This document shows, in pieces, positions 8,743 through 16,523 of a stretch of 62,658 bases of DNA. The stretch covers positions 1 through 62,658 of the forward strand of contig CAKTWD010000001.1 in the NCBI GenBank assembly GCA_934630485.1. Direction: 5' to 3'. The DNA is from an uncultured Eggerthellaceae bacterium (GTDB lineage: Bacteria; Actinomycetota; Coriobacteriia; Coriobacteriales; Eggerthellaceae). Within the stretch, counting starts at the first letter, position 1. Every line of letters starts with the position of its first letter. The position numbers were made by a program, and so were the translations under genes. Under the pieces are notes generated by a model. It was not told where the DNA came from. It did no database searches and saw only the letters and a program-made list of their open reading frames with translations.

Positions 8743-9150
8743 GTATTTAAAAAGTTTTGATTTTATAGGCAAAAGTGTCTCTCGGGTCATTCGTCGGCAT
8801 GTCCCTCAGGATGCTCTCGGGCGGAGGCGGGCGCTCGAGCCTGCTCGCGCAGTACCAGAACGCAGCTTTGACCATATGGTCAAAGCCTCATGCCCCTGTG
8901 CTCGTCGAGCACGATCCTTATCTGCCTGTCCTCCCGCTCTCTATGGCGTTGGCGGCGGCGGGGACCTCGCCGTTCTTGGCGAGATCGGCGTCCAGCACGG
9001 GTGGTGGCAAAGGCTCGCTGTAAGCAGCTGCCAGCAGGAAGCTCGAACCTTACTCGGACCTACTCGAACCTGCAGGTGCGAGCTCTGCTCACCCCGACCT
9101 GTTTAACCCCTCGCCACCCTGTCTCTACTAGGATCTACTCGAACCTGCTC

Positions 9151-10593
9151 TTACCTTTTAAGGTCGTAGTACTGTGACGGATCCTTGGGATTGGATCCGT
9201 GCCATTCGAGGAGACCCTTTTCCACCAGCTCCTTGAGCGTGGGCCTGGAGACCTTCACGCTGCGTCCAAGGTGATCCGACAGCTCACCCACGGTGATTCG
9301 TCCTCTGGCGTACACGTATTGCATGGCCGCAAGCTCATACTCGTTGAGCGACTCGAAGACCGCCTGCCCTATGCTGCTCGAAAGGGCATCCTGGCGTCTC
9401 AGCATGCGCGACGTGATGCTGTTCTCGAGAGTCAACTGCACTGATGCATCGTTGGGTTCCTCAAAGATGGGGTCGTTCAGGAAATAGTTTGCCATTTCGT
9501 CGTAGATGCGCTGAACACCTTCGTTGAGCTCACGCACCCAACCGAATTCCGTCAACGTCCGTGCGATTACGGGGTTGCGAGCCCATCGAGTGTTTCGCAT
9601 GTTCTCCAGCGTCACTACGTTGGGCAGTTTGCCTGGGCTCGTGATCTCCATGCGGTCGTCGTACATCATCACGCGGATATGGTCGCCACTGTGGGCGTAG
9701 TTGCGGTGCGTCACGGCGTTTACCAGGCCCTCGAACCAGGCGAACTCTGGGTATTCAGGAACGATCTTGAACTTGCCGTCGTCCCCCAGATACTGGAACT
9801 CGCGCAGCTGCTCGGAGATCATGGCCTTGGCGCCTTCGATGACCTTAGGCAGTGGGCCGTCGAACGTACGTTCCTTCACGATGTTGAGCCTGCGGCCAGT
9901 TTCCATCTTGCCTCCATCGAAGCGGATGACACGCACCCTCGCGCAGGGGATAAACTGGGTGGGGCTCTTGGCGAAGAGAAGGACGCCGGCGTTGGTGAGA
10001 TGCCCGTCCACGAGCATGCTTCGGCTGCGGAGAACCTGCTCGTCCGAGACGTTTGTGCCGAGCTCCTCCTTGTAATGGGCCATGACTTCGGGGTCGATGT
10101 CTTCTATCGTGGAGCGGCCCGCCACTTCATCCTCGAAGCGCCGCTGGTTCTTGTCGTATTCGAGCGCGGTGATCTGGTCGTGATCCAGCTCGACGCTCTT
10201 GTCTCCCTGACGAAGGAAAACAGCCCCATCGCTGCGCCTCGCGATGACGTGGTCGGTCGATGCGCTGATGTCCAGGACGAGAATGAGGTCGTTTTCCCCA
10301 TGGGAGTTTACGACGGGAATCTCGGCGAGCCTCACCATGGGTACAGGCTCGCAGCAGACGAGAGGTGCCTGCTTGAAAGCTTCGATGTCATGAGCCCCGT
10401 TGCGCTTGAACCCGGTAATCTCGCCGCCATCCTCAATGCCGATGACCAGCTTTCCTCCCGAGGCGTTCGCAAAGGCGCAGATATGCCGAGAAATCTCCTT
10501 CGCGTCTTTGCGGGCGCTCTTGCGGTCGAAGTATTGGTTCTCCTTCGCGGTGGAGAAAATGTCGGGGTCGCTCTTGCCGATTGGATGCTGCAT
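9151..10593 (-). CDS. AlbA_2 (Schlafen-like DNA-binding) / HATPase_c_4 / C-terminal winged-HTH protein (often mis-annotated as RecG-like)
   Basis: N-terminal ENQYFDRKSARKDAKEISRHICAFANASGGKLVIGIEDGGEITGF. Central FEGLVNAVTHRNYAHSGDHIRVMMYDDRMEITSPGKLP. C-terminal wHTH-like ITVGELSDHLGRSVKVSRPTLKELVEKGLLE. Confidence 0.8.
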   Translation of the reverse strand: MQHPIGKSDPDIFSTAKENQYFDRKSARKDAKEISRHICAFANASGGKLVIGIEDGGEITGFKRNGAHDIEAFKQAPLVCCEPVPMVRLAEIPVVNSHGENDLILVLDISASTDHVIARRSDGAVFLRQGDKSVELDHDQITALEYDKNQRRFEDEVAGRSTIEDIDPEVMAHYKEELGTNVSDEQVLRSRSMLVDGHLTNAGVLLFAKSPTQFIPCARVRVIRFDGGKMETGRRLNIVKERTFDGPLPKVIEGAKAMISEQLREFQYLGDDGKFKIVPEYPEFAWFEGLVNAVTHRNYAHSGDHIRVMMYDDRMEITSPGKLPNVVTLENMRNTRWARNPVIARTLTEFGWVRELNEGVQRIYDEMANYFLNDPIFEEPNDASVQLTLENSITSRMLRRQDALSSSIGQAVFESLNEYELAAMQYVYARGRITVGELSDHLGRSVKVSRPTLKELVEKGLLEWHGSNPKDPSQYYDLKR

Positions 10594-10688
10594 AGTACCT
10601 CCCGTTTTGTTAGAGGTATATTTTACAGCAGTAAAGAGCCCATTTTCATCATCGGCTCGATGGGAAGGACAAAGCCAAGCGAGGAACG

Positions 10689-11041
10689 ATGATCATCTAC
10701 GAGCAGTTCAAAGAGCTCTACAACGCTATGGGAGGATCTCCCGAGCCCTCCATATTCTTTGATGAGAAATGCGAAGAAGGGTACGTGATCATCAAATACA
10801 ACGATGGTCCTACCTTCCAGAAATGCTTCGCTGGGTCGTCGCACGAAGAGGGCGAGATCGGGTTGCCAGCCTAGACGAGCTCTACCGTGCCACGATGCCC
10901 GACGGAATTTGCCTTGAGCGCGATTGGGGTCGCGTGACCCGAGTAATGCTAGGTGACGTCTTCTGTCTCGAGATTCCCGATGATTTGCAGGATTGCTGGG
11001 AGTTGTGCGTTCCTCTCGCTGCCAAATGGAAGAACGATTAG
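10689..11041 (+). pseudogene. Frame-broken small gene (~118 aa if repaired), unknown function
   Basis: Two adjacent ORFs (10689-10874 and 10769-11041) overlap in different frames. They read through sensibly if one indel is assumed near 10850-10865 (...SSHEEGEIG / ASLDELYRATMPDGICLERDWGRV...). A sequencing error cannot be excluded. Confidence 0.4.
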
Positions 11042-11241
11042 CCTAGCCCCTCAGCATGTCCTCTATCATCGCATAGCGGATTGCGTCGATTGAACGATCT
11101 ATCCATCGGGTATTTTGTCCAGCCAATTGCTGTCCCCGCCGCCGAATACGAGCCGAGGTATTTGGCAAACGCTGGTTGCGAAAACGTGCATAGCGGGCGC
11201 GTTTGAATGAATCGGCAACGCTTGTATAGAGCCCGGAAAGT

Positions 11242-11286
11242 CCTCATAACCCGAAGCCGTAGGTTCAAATCCCGCCCCGCGACCAA
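11242..11286 (+). repeat. Orphan copy of the tRNA-Met 3' part (anticodon loop to ACCA), att-like direct repeat
   Basis: CCTCATAACCCGAAGCCGTAGGTTCAAATCCCGCCCCGCGACCA versus the tRNA sequence GCTCATAACCCGGAGGCCGTAGGTTCAAATCCTGCCCCCGCGACCA. There is no matching 5' half upstream. Confidence 0.75.
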
Positions 11287-11291
11287 CAGTT

Positions 11292-11330
11292 AAAGCAGGT
11301 CAGAACAGTAAAAGTTCTGACCTGCTTTTT
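11292..11330 (+). terminator. Intrinsic terminator following the orphan tRNA 3' fragment
   Basis: Hairpin AAAGCAGGTCAGAAC-agtaaaa-GTTCTGACCTGCTTT followed by TTGTTG. Confidence 0.6.
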
Positions 11331-11552
11331 GTTGTCGGTACCAACTGCTCGTGTTGTCGCTGGCGGAGCTTATAGGCAGGAGCGCTAAATCGCCTTCGGC
11401 CCTTCTTGGGAAACTGCGTGCTAAGGGCGTGCTTGTATGGCACGGCACCTCTAAAACCGATCCTGCACAGTACTGCTCGCTCCCGAGTTCTTCGGAGTAG
11501 GTTCGGAGTGGGAGTTGCGGCTGCTGGCCACTTTGCCGCAGAACGCTAAGGG

Positions 11553-12824
11553 CTACACGAGATCTTGCAGTAGGAATTTCCATGCGGGTTTAACCTCGAT
11601 GCGTGTATCGCCCTCTATGATTTCCCCTTCTTCCTCTTTTGTCGCGATAAGCAATCGACGAATAGATTCGTCGATACGGGCTAGTTTTACTAAGTTGCCT
11701 ATCTCCCTGGGCTTGGCGCTTTCGGAAAGCGAATAGGCCACCTGCACTGCAAGGCCTTGTTCGGGCACATAAAAATCTACGTCAATGCCGTTTTTTGGCG
11801 ATTTCAGGTAATGAAGCCCCTCGCCAAAGGCATCATGCATTGCTACGGCCACCTCGTTTTCGAGCAAGGCTGGCTCCCTTCCGATCAGGAAGAGATTGAG
11901 CAATCCGTTGTCGCTGAAATAGCGCTTCGGATTTCCCTCGCGCTCTACAAACTTTGCAACGGCGTTTTTTACTTCAAACAGCAGGTAAGCCTCGCGAGCC
12001 ATGGTAAGGTAGTCTAACAGCGTGCCCTTGCTGACGTTGTAGCCCAATCCGCGCAACATGCCATGCAGCGCCGTGGCGGAGGTTTCGTTGCAGACGGTTT
12101 CGGCAATTTTCTTCATGAGCACGCGCAAAGCATCGGGGTTTCGCACGCCATTGCACGCCACCATGTCTCCGAACAAGACCTCTTGGTACACGCTTTCCGT
12201 ATATTCGCGAGCAGAGATATAGCGAAGCGATTCGGGAAAGCCGCCATTTTGATAAAACGTATCGAATGCGCTTGCAATGGCTCCTTTGGCCTTTGTCGCG
12301 TATAGCGCCTCGGCATCATGGGGCACACCGACAGCGTCGAGATACTCGTCAAAACGGTAAGGGGTTACATGCTTGACGAAATAGCGCCCACCAAGAGTGG
12401 TAGCTATCTGGCTGCTAAGCATGTTTGCATTGCTGCCGGTTATCCACACGCGTTCGCCAGCGTCGGCCAAGCGTCGCGCAAACTTTTCCCAGCCATCTAC
12501 GTTCTGTATTTCATCAAAGAAGAAGAAGCCCGAATGTCTGCTGAGCTCGCCTTGCGCTGACAGGATGTCATTGAAATCGTCAACGCGGAATTCTGCCAGG
12601 CGCTCGTCCTCAAAATTGATGTAGATGATCCGGTTCCATTCCACGCCCGATTCCACCAGGTCTCGAGCTATTTTGTAGAGCAGGGTGGACTTGCCGGCGC
12701 GGCGCAGACCGGTGATTACGTAGTTAGCCTGAGGGTCGAGCGAGTAGCGACGAGGCACGATGCGCGCATTGCGAATGATTTCATGTTGATCGAAGATGAC
12801 GCTTTTCAGCACTTCATGATTCAT
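11553..12824 (-). CDS. AAA_14 / DUF4143 family ATPase
   Basis: Walker A ITGLRRAGKSTLL and Walker B-like FFFFDEIQNV, with a C-terminal DUF4143-like region. ATG 12824 (MNHEVLKS...) puts Walker A about 40 aa from the start, as is usual. The longer ORF-track form (to 12998) would translate through two palindromes. Confidence 0.85.
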   Translation of the reverse strand: MNHEVLKSVIFDQHEIIRNARIVPRRYSLDPQANYVITGLRRAGKSTLLYKIARDLVESGVEWNRIIYINFEDERLAEFRVDDFNDILSAQGELSRHSGFFFFDEIQNVDGWEKFARRLADAGERVWITGSNANMLSSQIATTLGGRYFVKHVTPYRFDEYLDAVGVPHDAEALYATKAKGAIASAFDTFYQNGGFPESLRYISAREYTESVYQEVLFGDMVACNGVRNPDALRVLMKKIAETVCNETSATALHGMLRGLGYNVSKGTLLDYLTMAREAYLLFEVKNAVAKFVEREGNPKRYFSDNGLLNLFLIGREPALLENEVAVAMHDAFGEGLHYLKSPKNGIDVDFYVPEQGLAVQVAYSLSESAKPREIGNLVKLARIDESIRRLLIATKEEEGEIIEGDTRIEVKPAWKFLLQDLV

Positions 12825-12832
12825 GGGAATAC

Positions 12833-12860
12833 CAATCTGTTCGATGCGCTGAACAGATTG
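12833..12860. promoter_or_regulatory. Palindrome 1: CAATCTGTTC-N8-GAACAGATTG (candidate operator)
   Basis: Perfect 10-bp arms, 9 bp upstream of the ATPase ATG (12824). Confidence 0.5.
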
Positions 12861-12900
12861 TATGGCTTTCCGTACAGTATATCGAACGGAATAATAGCAA

Positions 12901-12924
12901 ATCTGTTCAATATACTGAACAGAT
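12901..12924. promoter_or_regulatory. Palindrome 2: ATCTGTTC-N8-GAACAGAT (candidate operator)
   Basis: Perfect 8-bp arms with the same core as palindrome 1. The two centres are 66 bp apart. Confidence 0.5.
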
Positions 12925-13072
12925 GGCGTGATTTGGAAGGAAGATCGCTTATCGTCCGCGTGTTGTTGGTGCTGAGCTGGCCTAGTTTGCGTAGTCAACC
13001 GCGTTGCCAGATCCCATGCATAACGAACAACTGAAACTCGCGCATCTTTTGGCCCGATTCATTTGGTTAGCG

Positions 13073-14884
13073 CTACAAGCTCTCGTAGTAGCCACGTATT
13101 TTTCTAGCCATAAGGATACGGCGCTGAGCAAGGAAGTCCTCGTAATCGGCCGCACCCATATCGAATATTCCTTCCGGAATGCAATTCGACTCAAGGTTGG
13201 TCAAGAGACCTGCTTTATCAGAAATGTCGCCGAAGTAATTTTTTCCTGCTGCGATGGCTTCTCTCGCTTGTGTGAAGTACTCGCCAGGACGCATTTCGCC
13301 AATCGCTATGTTGATGCGCTTTTCAAGGTAGGTATAGTTCGCGATTTGGTTATAGAGGCGCTGCGGCGCGTCGATCGTCTTCCTCAGATACGCCTTCGGA
13401 AAGATATGGTGGATATCGCCAACGTTGCCGATGACGTCGGCCACCTTGAACCCGTTTGTGAACAGGGTGTTGTCAGCCGAACGAACTTGTGACGCTATGT
13501 AGACCATCCATGCTCCAGTTCGCACTGAAGTCGTAACGAGATTCTGCGGCAAGGTGACTTTCCAGAAATTGTCGGAAAGCTGCGATGCGGCGATCTCGTT
13601 GTAGAACGGGATGAATCCCTGTTCGGATATTCGACCCATGTCGCGGTCCATGACGGATTCCGACGAGCCGGAATAGCGCCCGGTGAGGATGGACATCACG
13701 TACCAGCGCTGCACCCAGCGCTTAAGATCGGTCGAAGGCACGGAGGCATCTTCTCGTAGGGTGAGATACAGATTGTAGGCAAAATTGACAGCGCCCTTGG
13801 ATCCGATGATCGATGAAGATACGAACCCTGCCGAGCGAAGAGCGGCGGTAAAGTCCTGGAAATTGCTTTTACGCATGAACTTAACCACGCCGTCATGCAG
13901 CTTGGTGAAAGACTCGTCTGCTATCTCGCCTTTGAAGTCACGGGCCTCAAAATCGCGGCCAGAAAGAAGAGACACCAGGTCGGCGAGCTTGCCGCGGCCG
14001 AACATGTGCATGAACGCGACGCGCAGGACGTCATTATAGTCAGGGTCGTAAATGTCGTCCTTGTCGTCCTTGAGCCATTCGCACTTATCTGCGAACTCGG
14101 ATTCCATGAACTCGGCGTCGTTTTGGCTGATAATGGCCCAGAATTCGGGCTTGACGGCCAAATGGCAGTAATAGTCGATGGCCTTGCGCAGCATGTTGCC
14201 GCCGTGAACCTCATCGGCAGCGATTTTAGACATTGCGAAGTCGGCTTGGGATAAAACGGCGCCCTTGGAATTGATGCGGATGAAGATGTCCGTAACCTCG
14301 TCTATGCTGCATTCAGCAGCTACGACGATGCAGCCGAGCTGACGCGTTGCTATCGCCTTAAGATCGGTGATTCTTAAGTTCACGACCTTGGGATCGCAGC
14401 CGGGGTTCGCCTCTATGTATTCGTTGACGAAAGTCCAGGAGTCGAAATCAGGGGCGAAGAACTCTGCAATGTCCGATATCCATCGCGGATCTTTATCAAT
14501 CACCGGCGTAAGCACGGCAAAAGGAGTGTCCTCGCCTTCGTAAAGAGGGTTGAAGGCGATCTTTACGCGCTTCGACTCGTAATCTTCATTAAGCACGGCT
14601 TTGCCCGCGAGCGCGGCGGTGAGAGCCGTCACGCGCTGCTGACCGTCGATAAGCACCGTCTTGCCCTCTGCAACGCCGCCGCCCTTGATCTTCACGTCGG
14701 GGTTCTTCCATGTGATCAGATAGCCGGTCGGGTATCCATGGTAAAGAGAGTCGACCAAATCGCGAACTTTGGTGCTGTCCCACACGAAGGGTCGCTGGAT
14801 TTCGGGAATTGCGATGTCGCCGGACTCTATAAGCCCAAGGATGCTTTGCACTGAGTAAGTGGTGACGCTGTAGCAATCTTTCAT
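13073..14884 (-). CDS. DUF262 (ParB-like NTPase) + DUF1524 (His-Me finger nuclease) protein, GmrSD/BrxU/SspE-like
   Basis: N-terminal IPEIQRPFVWDSTKVRDLVDSLYHGYPTGYL and VLIDGQQRVTAL (DGQQR motif). C-terminal GDIHHIFPKAYL...NQIANYTYLEKRINIAIG. Confidence 0.88.
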   Translation of the reverse strand: MKDCYSVTTYSVQSILGLIESGDIAIPEIQRPFVWDSTKVRDLVDSLYHGYPTGYLITWKNPDVKIKGGGVAEGKTVLIDGQQRVTALTAALAGKAVLNEDYESKRVKIAFNPLYEGEDTPFAVLTPVIDKDPRWISDIAEFFAPDFDSWTFVNEYIEANPGCDPKVVNLRITDLKAIATRQLGCIVVAAECSIDEVTDIFIRINSKGAVLSQADFAMSKIAADEVHGGNMLRKAIDYYCHLAVKPEFWAIISQNDAEFMESEFADKCEWLKDDKDDIYDPDYNDVLRVAFMHMFGRGKLADLVSLLSGRDFEARDFKGEIADESFTKLHDGVVKFMRKSNFQDFTAALRSAGFVSSSIIGSKGAVNFAYNLYLTLREDASVPSTDLKRWVQRWYVMSILTGRYSGSSESVMDRDMGRISEQGFIPFYNEIAASQLSDNFWKVTLPQNLVTTSVRTGAWMVYIASQVRSADNTLFTNGFKVADVIGNVGDIHHIFPKAYLRKTIDAPQRLYNQIANYTYLEKRINIAIGEMRPGEYFTQAREAIAAGKNYFGDISDKAGLLTNLESNCIPEGIFDMGAADYEDFLAQRRILMARKIRGYYESL

Positions 14885-15016
14885 ATTCGATCCTAGAAAC
14901 CGGTGCTAAACGAACGAAGCTATTTTACTTCTCATATGCAAATTTCCATCGAGATGGGTTCCGATGGCTGGTGCAATGAGTCTAAGTGGAATTCCGCTTT
15001 CCCCTCCTACTAGCCA

Positions 15017-15673
15017 TCACTTCAAAACGAAGTGGCTTCGGCGGGTCTCGATAAGCCCAGCTTTCTGCATGCGTGAGAGCTCGGCGGAAAGAGCGCTGCG
15101 GTCGACTCCCAGATAGCCGGCAAGCTGTTGGCGATCGAAGGGGATGTCGAACTCGTTTTCGCCCGTCCGCTCGGCGACGTCGGACAAGTACGCCAACACT
15201 TTGCTGCGGATTGTTTTCGGGGCAACATGCAGAATGCGGCGCGAGAGGTTAAGGCTCTGACGTGCGATGATCGCCGTCACGCTTGCGCTGATCCTGACGT
15301 GATACGGGCACGCATGGGTGCAGGTGGTCTGCATTTTCGCAAGGTTCAGGAACAGGACGGCCGTATTCTCGGCGGCGATAACGTCCACCATAAGCGGCTC
15401 GTTGGGCACGGCGGCATATGCCTCGCCGAACATTTCGCCCACCCTTTTCACGCCAAGCACGCTGACATTGCCCCAGCGGTCAACGCTCTCGATGCGCACG
15501 CTTCCTTCAAGGACGACCCCTGCCGTCGCGATGACGTCGCCCATCCGATGGATTCGCGTGCCCGCTTTATAGCGGCGTTCGCGTGCGGCAAGGCAGCCAA
15601 GCATGGCCTCGATTTCTTGAGGGCTCGACCCGTGGAACAGCTGAGTTGTCGCCAGAAACTCGCTTTGCTCCAT
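15017..15673 (-). CDS. Crp/Fnr family transcriptional regulator
   Basis: cNMP-binding-like N-terminal half. C-terminal HTH FDIPFDRQQLAGYLGVDRSALSAELSRMQKAGLIE. ATG 15673 (MEQSEF) follows CGAGGA. Confidence 0.85.
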   Translation of the reverse strand: MEQSEFLATTQLFHGSSPQEIEAMLGCLAARERRYKAGTRIHRMGDVIATAGVVLEGSVRIESVDRWGNVSVLGVKRVGEMFGEAYAAVPNEPLMVDVIAAENTAVLFLNLAKMQTTCTHACPYHVRISASVTAIIARQSLNLSRRILHVAPKTIRSKVLAYLSDVAERTGENEFDIPFDRQQLAGYLGVDRSALSAELSRMQKAGLIETRRSHFVLK

Positions 15674-15694
15674 GATTCCTCGATTCGCATGCAT

Positions 15695-15712
15695 ATGTTG
15701 TAGTTACAACAT
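15695..15712. promoter_or_regulatory. CRP/FNR-type palindrome ATGTTGTA-GT-TACAACAT (TGTTG-N6-CAACA)
   Basis: Perfect 8-bp arms in the divergent crp / 4Fe-4S intergenic region. The geometry matches TGTGA-N6-TCACA sites. Confidence 0.5.
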
Positions 15713-15768
15713 ACAGGATAGTACGTTTTTCGTATCATGCAGCCAGTTCAGACGACGAAAGGGGAGGC

Positions 15769-16506
15769 ATGATTCGCAAAATCATACAGATCGACCAGGA
15801 GAAGTGCGACGGCTGCGGAATCTGCGCCGAAGCGTGCCACGAGGGGGCTATCGAGATCGTTGACGGGAAGGCCGGGCTTGTGCGCGATGATTTCTGCGAC
15901 GGTTTCGGCGACTGTTTGCCGGGTTGTCCCCGGGGCGCCATCTCGTTTGTCGAGCGCGAGGCAGCGGCTTACGACGAAGCGGCCGTTGAGCGTAGCAAGC
16001 GCGAAAAGGAATCTGAAGTGAAGGCTCACGACTGGCCGGCCGTCACCTGTCCTGGATCTGCTGTTCGAACGTTCGACCGCGCAGCTGGGGAGGGCGCTGG
16101 CGCGAATGAAGCCGCCAGATCCGCCGCGTCGCAAAGTGTGTCCTCGCAGCTTCGCAATTGGCCCGTGCAAATTAAGCTGGCTCCTACACAAGCCCCGTAT
16201 TTCCAAGGCGCCAATCTGCTTATTGCCGCCGATTGTTGCGCATTTTCGTACGGCAACTTCCATTCCGATTTCATCCGCAACAAAGTTTGCCTTATTGGCT
16301 GCCCGAAGCTTGACGGCACCGATTATTCCGAGAAGCTGACCGAGATCATTGCGAGCAACGACATCAAAAGCGTCACCATCACGCGCATGGAAGTCCCGTG
16401 CTGCGGCGGTTTGGAGCGCATGGCCGTCAAGGCTTTGCGTGCGTCGGGGAAGTTCATCCCTTGGCAAGTTGTCACGTTCTCGCTTGATGGCCGCATCTTG
16501 GATTAG
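15769..16506 (+). CDS. 4Fe-4S dicluster domain protein with a Cys-rich C-terminal domain
   Basis: Motifs CDGCGICAEACHEGAI and CDGFGDCLPGCPRGAI. C-terminal ADCCAFSY...LIGCPKLDG...EVPCCGG. RBS GGGGAGG. Confidence 0.8.
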   Translation: MIRKIIQIDQEKCDGCGICAEACHEGAIEIVDGKAGLVRDDFCDGFGDCLPGCPRGAISFVEREAAAYDEAAVERSKREKESEVKAHDWPAVTCPGSAVRTFDRAAGEGAGANEAARSAASQSVSSQLRNWPVQIKLAPTQAPYFQGANLLIAADCCAFSYGNFHSDFIRNKVCLIGCPKLDGTDYSEKLTEIIASNDIKSVTITRMEVPCCGGLERMAVKALRASGKFIPWQVVTFSLDGRILD

Positions 16507-16523
16507 CTTGTTGGCTTCACGAC

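Larger units (their letters stand above)
8703..11286. mobile_element. Putative decayed tRNA-integrated islet bounded by the tRNA 3' end and its 45-nt duplicate
   Basis: Direct repeat of the tRNA 3' portion (8658-8702 versus 11242-11286). There is no intact integrase. The interior holds one AlbA_2-type gene, one frame-broken small gene and about 400 bp with no ORF. Confidence 0.45.

Noticed and set aside
8741-9106. ORFs of 82-121 aa next to the tRNA
   Set aside because: They overlap one another in three frames, have no RBS and give Arg/Ser/Pro-rich products. The region is treated as non-coding or decayed.
12833-12924. Twin palindromes as LexA boxes
   Set aside because: The half-sites are in the opposite order (GTTC...GAAC) with an 8-bp spacer, unlike the GAAC-N4-GTTC box seen at 6806-6821. 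They are kept as candidate operators for an unknown factor instead.
12825-12998. N-terminal 58-aa extension of the DUF4143 ATPase
   Set aside because: It would translate straight through both palindromes, giving the repeated IEQI peptide. It would also push the Walker A motif unusually far from the N-terminus.
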